Under the pieces are notes generated by a model. That model had not been told where the DNA came from, made no database searches, and saw only the letters and a list, made by a program, of their open reading frames with translations. A program made the position numbers and the translations under genes. From Trichomonas gallinae (taxonomy: Eukaryota): a DNA stretch of 34,695 bases. Below are positions 1 to 8,288 of the stretch, piece by piece. Every line of letters begins with the position of its first letter. Position 1 is the first letter of the stretch. The stretch is from contig MRSU01005281.1 in assembly GCA_008369845.1 (NCBI GenBank), positions 1 through 34,695 of the forward strand, written 5' to 3'.

Positions 1-3000
1 TCCAAAATCTCGAATAACACGTTTTTTAATGAAGAAAAAACAAAACATCGTTTTTAATGGAAAAAAATCTCCATAGAAAAATTGATAAAATTCTAGTAAT
101 TCTGAGGAATGACGCGAAAACGCGTATCTCGGAATTGTCCGAACGAAATCGGCTCAAAACCTATATATATCATTATATTAATGCATATAATATACTGGCA
201 AAGTTTGGAGCAAAAATACATTTCTATCGTCATTAGTACACCTCCTTAATGCTATCACACCCATAAAAACAATTGAATTAAATGCGTAAAACTCAAAACT
301 TGCAATATCATATACTATAATGAAATCTAAAATTTAGCAGCTTTGGATGTAAAATTCAAAATGTAATTTTAACTTGTTTTGAACGAATTTACAAATTGAA
401 TGTTTTGAAAATCATATCATCATCTTAATGCTATTAATCATAATAAATAATAATATTTTTTCAAATGTTGTAAATATTTTTTGAAAAGATATCCTTAGAA
501 AATAATAATTCTTTATTTTCTCTTACCTTTGAACTCCAGTTTATCTCACTAAAAGAATCCACACAGCTCTTTGCCTTGCAGGCTTATTAAGTTTTTCATC
601 TCCTTTGTGGAATTATTTCGCAATAAATTGAAATGAATCATTTCAAAATTACATTAATTTGAGGATATTATATACCAATAAATTATGCTCCATTATTAAA
701 ATAAGATTATGCTTATGAAATTTCATATTTTCCAAAAATAATTAATCCTTATTAATTTCTATTCTTATTGAGGTCTTTTTACATTATACTCGTCAATCTA
801 TGGGTATTGTTAAATATTTCTTTTGGTGTTTTTTTTTTATTTCTTGCTAACATTCGAAAATATATTTGCATTTTACATTTAAAATCAAATATTAGTCATA
901 ATTGTACAGTCTGGAATTCATACTTTTAATACTCAATATGAAATTTAAAGATATATATGAATTTTCAAGTTTTAATCCTCAATAAATAATTGATTATTTG
1001 ATGAATAATGTTTTCCTATAATATAACGATTTTGAAGCTGCCTTACATGATAAAGCAAGCATGTTATGGGATCAGACAAGAACTTCAATTTGAGATAGAA
1101 ATTAATAGATCTAATGAGGCAGACTATGTTGCATTAATACCCGATTTATATAACAAAATATAATAAATAGCCACACAATTTAGATATCGATTATCACAAA
1201 TATTTTTCGATCTTCCCAACGAAATATGCATTTTCAATTGTGGTTGAAGGTAGAGAACATCATAAGATGGAATGCTTTCAATAACAATGATAGTTAAATT
1301 GATGATCTTTCGCCTACAGATGAGCTTCATTGAAACATCTTAAAGGATCAAACTACATAACAATAACGACTTATTTTCCACAGTATTTGTTATTTCATAT
1401 GTAAAAAAAAAAAATAAAAATTTGAAACATTTATCCAAAATGTGTGTTTAAATCAAATTACATCGAAAAATTGGATACAACTTAGATCTATAGTCTCATT
1501 CCCTGGAAGTTCATTGCGGTTTACGCTCTCTATTGAATACATGAAATATTGTTATGCTTGTACCTGCTTACACTTATGGAGAATTTTCATTATACCTATA
1601 ATTTCATATTTCAGAAATCACACAGCTTAATATTAATAGCAAGAGTAATTTTGAATTACGTCAGTGATAGACTTAGTATTATTATGGGTATTCATGATTG
1701 ACATAGGTATATAAGAAAGAATAGTACCAGCCTGATGCAATGTTTGGAGTAGATTGCCTTAACTGAATAGCAAACACACCAATGTATGGTAATAAACAAG
1801 CAGTATAAGAGAAATAATTGGATGTTCAGCAAATATTTGATTTAATTGGACTATGTTGAAATGATTATGTACGAAAAGAAAGGTTTAATTGCTAGAAATC
1901 TCAAATTCGACAGTTTCGCGAGTATTATTTGTCAGTGTTATCAGTATCTATGTCAATGATGGAGCATATAACAGCAGTATCAAGATTTTTTCTTGATATC
2001 AATGAAAATTTATTGAGCAAAAACGATTTTTTAACAGTAAATTAGCCTGGAAACTAATTGTAGTGATACATTAGGTCACTATGAGTAATAATTTATGCGA
2101 TTGTTTTATTTGCCAATATTTGTACGTGGTACAGAAAACTATTTATCAAATATGAAACACTTTAGAATTGAATTAAGTTCTAGAAATCGAATTATTGATG
2201 CATATTCATAGCAATTCATATAAAAAAATGGAAAAAATTGTTACAAAATTTGTTTAATTCGAATTAATGAAAGCATATGATGCAATAACAAGGAATAACA
2301 AAAAATTTTCGAGCATCGTATTAGTTTGTATGACCTATATTTATATAAAAATGTTTGCATTTAATTTTTTATAAATAATAGATAGAAAACCATGCTAGAA
2401 GATGAGATTAAATATTAAATTTGAACCGAAACAATTTTTAAGTAGTATTGAAATGATTCATCGAATGTAGTTGCTTCAATAGATGCTAAATAAAATAATT
2501 TTTCCAAACGTCATAATTATATGTTTACAAAATACAATAGACTCACAAATAATTTGAGAAGAGACTTAGAAATATGCAAATGAACCTTTAATCATTCCTA
2601 AAATGATATAGGGTTGGAACAGGTACTATAAAAATATTCGGTACATTCAGAAAAATCATCACTTTTTCAATATCGGAAGTTATCTCTATTGAAACCATCA
2701 AAAATTAAAACACGCCAGCCCATGAATGGATAAAGAAAATAACTTTTATTGGGAAATGGAATAAATTGAATTGATAATAATCGTACTCTTAAGAACGATG
2801 AATTTTTTATGGATATAAATTTAATATCGATCTATGGATTTAATTGATGCAAATTTACTTTGTGATGCTCCATTTATTCATCAACCAATTATTGTCTCAA
2901 TTTATGTCACTTTTATTAATTTTTGACAGTGCTGAAATGTGAACCTAAGTTCATGTCCATGATAATTAATATATCAATTTTTTTCAAAAATATTTATATG

Positions 3001-3476
3001 GACAAGAGAGCCCTCAATTTTTTAAAGTGGTAATTTATACTTTCAAAATTTTTTTGATAGCGTTCACAAAATTGATGTGGATATTTCTCAAACCTCTTTT
3101 TACAAATGAATTATATGCATTATATTTATTCCAATTATATCAATAAAACTGAAAATTACAATTAATTTAAATTATTCATCTCAATTTTCCATTTTTATGG
3201 AGTATGGTTAGGTAATTATGATATAATAGTCATGGGCATTCTATATTGTAGATTTCAGGAGGTATTGTATATTATTCGGTAGTAATGTAGGTATTTCTCT
3301 TCGTATTTGTCTAATTTCCAAGGTCACTGTCGTAATACATTTCGAAAAATTGGCATAGGTTCGGGAGTTTCGTTTTAATAAAATCTTAATGATGTGTCAG
3401 GAACAAATTCTGCAAGGATTTCGTAAGTAATATGACCGCGATTAAATTCAGTTGTAATTAGGATAGATAGGATAGT

Positions 3477-3974
3477 TTAATCAACAAAGATAGTATTAAA
3501 TTGTTCAAAAACGAACTCAGCATCGTTAAAGTTGAACAAGCTGAGAGGATCGACTTCCTCCTGAACAATGTTCTCGCAAACTTCTGGTGCAGCTTCTTGT
3601 TTTGGTGTAGTGAAACGTTCGATAATCTCTGGAATTTTGTGTTTGCAAAGCCAAACCCAGCGATTTTTGATAGCTGTTCCTGTTCTGCCGACGAACATTG
3701 GTCTCATCTGGGCCCACTTGTTGCCGTACAAGTTGTGCAAATTGATCAATGTTGTGTCTTCGTCAGCTGTCCAAGGTTTACAGTTGATCTCTGGGGAGAG
3801 ATTTGTGAACCATCTCTCGCGGCATTGCTTACCAGTGCGGCCACGGATGTGCTTGGAAACAAAGTCCCAGCGGTTGGTTCCGTGTTCTGCGACAAGTCTG
3901 GATAGCAAGGCATCCTCCTCCTTTGACCATCTCATCTTAGGGCTGTGATTACTTGCTCCATGAATCGAGTACAT
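3477..3974 (-). CDS. R2R3 Myb-like DNA-binding protein (165 aa from the ATG at 3974)
   Basis: Two Myb repeats: WSKEEDALL..W..V...IRGRTGKQCRERW and WTADEDTTL....YGNKWAQM....GRT..AIKNRW. The C-terminus is acidic and Phe-rich. The ORF track starts at GTG 3983, but the first ATG is at 3974, preceded by an Inr-like TCATA at 4001-3997. Confidence 0.95.
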   Translation of the reverse strand: MYSIHGASNHSPKMRWSKEEDALLSRLVAEHGTNRWDFVSKHIRGRTGKQCRERWFTNLSPEINCKPWTADEDTTLINLHNLYGNKWAQMRPMFVGRTGTAIKNRWVWLCKHKIPEIIERFTTPKQEAAPEVCENIVQEEVDPLSLFNFNDAEFVFEQFNTIFVD

Positions 3975-5726
3975 CTCCCGCACTTGTCTAGAAGATTATG
4001 ATCATTTCAATAGGCGCACTTTTAATACAAATTTTGTGAACCTCTGAAAATGTTGTATGGGCTCAGAAAAATTTGAGAATCTTTCAATTAAATGTTTTTT
4101 TATTGTTTGATTATTTGAGAAAATGAAACGCATGGCATATCATATCTACTGGTCTTATAGCTATTTGTGATTAAAATAGCCAAAAATATCCAACTTTTTG
4201 GAAAATTTACCCAGTGCGGCAAAAAGGGCGCCTAAACTTGTCAACGTTTCTACCGATTGATCCGGACTGGTATCGGGTATGATTATCTGTATCTCAAACA
4301 GTTCAAGTCAAAGACCCATTATTTCAAAATTTACTCAAAAAACTAAAGGAATCTACTTTTCTACCTTATGTTATTATTTATTACCATATACCATATCCAT
4401 ATATGTTTCTATTTTCAACCTTGGAGAAGCTTAAAAATGATCGATCGACCTATATGCTGTAAATCCAAATTTGGCACAAAAATATGTTCTAGTAACCTTC
4501 CTGAGGATTAAATGGCGAGTTAAGATGACTTTTTAACGGATTGACATAGAGCAAAAATACAACCTCTTAGATAAGACTGTAATCACTCACTACATGCATT
4601 CATCACTCAATTGCAGCCCCCAATCGCGTAAAAAATCAAAGAATACTGGCAAAGCATATTATAATTGGCCTGAGCTTGTCCGAATGCTAATAATACTACG
4701 CATGCCAGACATATCACAACGGTTCAATAATTTTTGACCGATTTTAAAAATATTTATCGACCAAAAATTTATGTAGAAGAAAAACGCGTAAAGTTGCATT
4801 CCTATCTCTTCTCAAGATTTCAATCAAAAGACAAAGCGGGAATTAAGTCATAATCTGACATGTGTAATTTTTTCATGAAAAAAATTAACAGTAAATAAAA
4901 CGCGCAGTAGTAAGTTCAATCGACATACATTCATTCCTCAAGTTCGACTGTTGCGTTACTGCTTCCAAGACTAATTCGGACGAGCAGAACTCCACAGCAA
5001 CTTTAGAAAAAAAGTCGGACCACCCGTTTGACAAATTGCCATATTTATGACATATTGACATTTATTCGTTTATTTGTCAAAATATGTGTTGTAATCTTTA
5101 GTATGTTCGATGTAGATTATCAAACTTCTTTATTACAACACTATACAACTTACAAATCAATCCTACTTCCTATGTGTAATGACATATTAAGTATGATATG
5201 TAATTTATTTGATTTTTTAATATTCAACAATTGATTGATGAAAATGTTGGATATCAATCATGTTGTAAAGAATGATGATATTGCTGGGATATTTGATAAC
5301 ATATTTTAGTTCTTATACTGTTGTCTTGAATATTATTTGTAATATTATATAACAGACTTTCATTTAATATTCCAGTGTTCGTATTTCTTATTATAGGAAA
5401 CACAACTCACTAGAACATGGATAGGAACATCACATGCTTCAACATGGTTTGGTTTAATTCCAATTAACTCATGATTATTGAAACATGGTCTATAATTGCT
5501 AATTTTTAGTAAATATAAGCAAAATGTCTATGAATTCACGATGTTTTTTACCATATAATTTTTTTTTTTGTCTGATTTGATTGTATTCATTAGTTTAGTT
5601 TAGGAAAAATGATATTTGTTTATTAGTGTAATATAGAGTTTTTGAATTATACTTACTGGTTGTAAGAATTTATAATACATGGTTTAAATTTTTTGGAAAA
5701 TAAACATAAATAAAGTAAACATAAAA

Positions 5727-7337
5727 TTAGTGCACGTGGACCAATTTTTCGATGCATAGTTCTGCATTCTTCTTGACAACTTCGATTTTACACATCGTCA
5801 AGTTGTCGATCATTTCTCTGAGCTGCTGCGCGATTTCTGTTGGCGGCTTCTCTGCTATAAGTGCAGTAGCAGTCCTCAGTGCGGATGTCCTGAGCGGAGT
5901 GTTGCCTTCTTCGAGCATGTCTCCGATATCATTCAAGAAGTACTCGCATGCCCACTCCCAGCCCAGTATTCTCGTGCAGTCGACGAAGAAGTTTCCAGCT
6001 GCCACTCTTACAGCGAAGACCGGGGAAGAGAGGAAAGGCTTAACCTTACCAGCGAGTGCCGGAGCATAGCCAGAAAGGTTCTTAGCGGTCGCAAGTGAAG
6101 CGAGAACAGGAATTGCTTTGACAATCAAAGTTGGTCGGTCTTCGTTGTCAAGCAATGTGTTCACCGCGTTGTCGATCAGCTCCAGGTTGATGAGCGACTC
6201 TGGCAAGAGTGGCACGACGTGGAGGAGCATCTTGTGGATGAATCCAAAGATAGGAACAGTGCCGAGAAGTTGTAGACTTTTGGCAAGTCTGACTTGAAAG
6301 TCTGCTTCGGGATGAGATGTAAGTAATGCTCCCCAAAGTCTTATAGCAGCGTCTCTGACTGTCTCGCTGTGGTTGCGCATGCAGAGTTCGAATATGTTCG
6401 GCGTGTCGTCGAGTGTCTGTGCTGAAAGTTTCTTGCATGTCTTGGAAAGAGTAATTAAAGCTGTCGAGCGAACTTCTGAGACGGAATCTTTGCATAGATT
6501 CATGAGCGCGAGTCCGAGTTTCTCCTTCTGCGTAGAATACTCGATTAGTGGTGCAATCGTTCTAGCCCATGAATAGCGAACACACCATGACTCATCTTGA
6601 GATAATCGAATTAACGGTTTGACATCTGTGTAAATCGCCATGTATTTATCTGGAACAGTGGATATTGCCGATATTACTCTGCATCGAAGCTTCGGATCTG
6701 GATGTTTGAACAGAGGATAAACAAGATTGTCGATAATGAGTTTTTCATCGTTGGAAATTGCTAAGAAATGTTGTAACGATCCGAGTAGAATGATATTTAG
6801 AATTGTAGATGTGTTCTTGCATATTCTGAGTAGATTTTCGATGATATTTTGCTTTTTCTCTTGTGGCGACATAATTGCAAGTTTTGCCTGCATCGTGAGT
6901 GAAATAGCAACTGCTTCTATGTTATCCTGCCAAAGGAGTCGCTCCAAAGACGGAATAATTATGTTATCGAATACCTCACTTTGGAAAATCGTCATTAAAT
7001 AGTCGACCAATTGATTCGACTCTTTTTCAACGAAGAGCCCATTCTGTCTAATTAGTTCGTTAATGAGATAGAGGTAATCATAAAGTTCTAATTCCGTAGA
7101 TTCTCGCTTAACGAGCAAGGGGATGTACTTGAATAGTATCTTAGCAACATTCAAATTGCCAAAATCAAACCAGTTGATTATGAATGGTAAAATTTGTTTC
7201 GTTACTTGTTCAGCAGGAAGTTCTGCAAGAAATATAGGCAGTGCCTCAACGAATGCCTCCTGGCTGCCTTCTTTCTTATACACTACATCGCGAATGAGCA
7301 CAGGTAGATCCTTTTGACCAAAAAAGGCAGTGCTCAT
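5727..7337 (-). CDS. HEAT-repeat protein, divergent PP2A regulatory subunit A (PR65)/PP4R1-like scaffold
   Basis: 536-aa ORF. Its HEAT signatures resemble PR65: LSQDESWCVRY (cf. DKSWRVRY), LCKDSVSEVRSTA, LSSPVFAVRVAA (cf. DHVYAIREAA), LGWEWA (cf. FGKEWA). Confidence 0.8.
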   Translation of the reverse strand: MSTAFFGQKDLPVLIRDVVYKKEGSQEAFVEALPIFLAELPAEQVTKQILPFIINWFDFGNLNVAKILFKYIPLLVKRESTELELYDYLYLINELIRQNGLFVEKESNQLVDYLMTIFQSEVFDNIIIPSLERLLWQDNIEAVAISLTMQAKLAIMSPQEKKQNIIENLLRICKNTSTILNIILLGSLQHFLAISNDEKLIIDNLVYPLFKHPDPKLRCRVISAISTVPDKYMAIYTDVKPLIRLSQDESWCVRYSWARTIAPLIEYSTQKEKLGLALMNLCKDSVSEVRSTALITLSKTCKKLSAQTLDDTPNIFELCMRNHSETVRDAAIRLWGALLTSHPEADFQVRLAKSLQLLGTVPIFGFIHKMLLHVVPLLPESLINLELIDNAVNTLLDNEDRPTLIVKAIPVLASLATAKNLSGYAPALAGKVKPFLSSPVFAVRVAAGNFFVDCTRILGWEWACEYFLNDIGDMLEEGNTPLRTSALRTATALIAEKPPTEIAQQLREMIDNLTMCKIEVVKKNAELCIEKLVHVH

Positions 7338-7890
7338 ATATTTTATGATTTAATTTTTCATTATTTTATCATCGTATATTCTAGTGAATCTATTCTTTCG
7401 ATTTTATTAGTTTATTTTATTTAAGGTTAATATTGTAAAGAAAGGAATAAATTTTTCAGATTTAACCATGTATTCCTCATCTACTCGCAAAAAACATTCT
7501 ACCACGCAAAAATTAAATTAAAATTGACGCTGCAGAAAATTATTCAATTAAATCTAACTCGATTTCCTTGAAATATGTTATGCATATTCATAGTTTCACT
7601 TTTTTTCTATATAATACTAGTGAGATGCAGTAACAAAAATATTCAAAATTTATTGTTTTTGTACAGAGTAAATATAAAAACATCATTGTCAATAAATTCG
7701 AATGGCAAACGAATTATTTCATGGTACAAGATTTATAAATTCATTTTTTTTAAATTCCAGGATTTAATCTTTCTAAAATATAATACAATGTTTAGAAGGT
7801 TTTGAGTTTCATATATTAACACATATATGGTCATAGAAGCTTTTGGAAATTCATGAAGAAAAAATTTAGATAATTATCATGTTCTCAGTT

Positions 7891-8220
7891 TGTGGTTCAT
7901 TGGCAAAAAATGAATTTATTCCCATGGATAATGTAACCCAAAGAGAATCAATTTTGATTTTATATATTTTTTTTTTATTCTAAAATAAATTCATGGTTCA
8001 TTAACAAAAAGTGATTTGATTCATATGTATAATATATATCAAAAAGAATCAAATTTGATATTTTTTTTCTGATATTTAAATTAATACATGGTTCATTAGC
8101 AAAAAGTGAATTAGGTTGTATGGATAGTATATATTCAAGAGAATGGAATTTGATATTACATTTTTTTGAAAAATGATTTTTAGCTAATAGTATATTGGTA
8201 AAAAGTGGAAATTAGGATGC
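7891..8220. repeat. Degenerate tandem repeat, unit about 95-101 bp, 3 copies plus a partial fourth
   Basis: The anchor TGGTTCATT..CAAAAA.TGA starts at 7893, 7994 and 8089. Each is followed by ATG.ATA.T.TA...AA.AGAAT..A.TTTGAT and a T tract. A partial copy lies near 8191-8220. Confidence 0.85.
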
Positions 8221-8288
8221 CATAATGCTATATCTGCAAAGAAAACAGGCTTTTCCAAAATAAAAAAGTCGTTATTTTTTCAGTAAAT

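Noticed and set aside
1978..1998. 8-bp stem hairpin TATCAAGA-TTTTT-TCTTGATA
   Set aside because: Short and AT-rich; expected by chance in this composition.
3975..4010. GTG start at 3983 and a 5-codon upstream ORF (MIIIF*) before the Myb gene
   Set aside because: An ATG start is expected in this eukaryote. The uORF ATG lies just upstream of the predicted Inr start site, so it is probably not in the mRNA.
5410..5685. Recurrent ACATGG words downstream of the HEAT gene
   Set aside because: A six-mer with irregular spacing and no alignable flanks; not enough support.
7481..7512. Duplicated CTAC..CGCAAAAA resembling an Ndt80/MSE site
   Set aside because: A short A-rich match with only two copies and no independent support.
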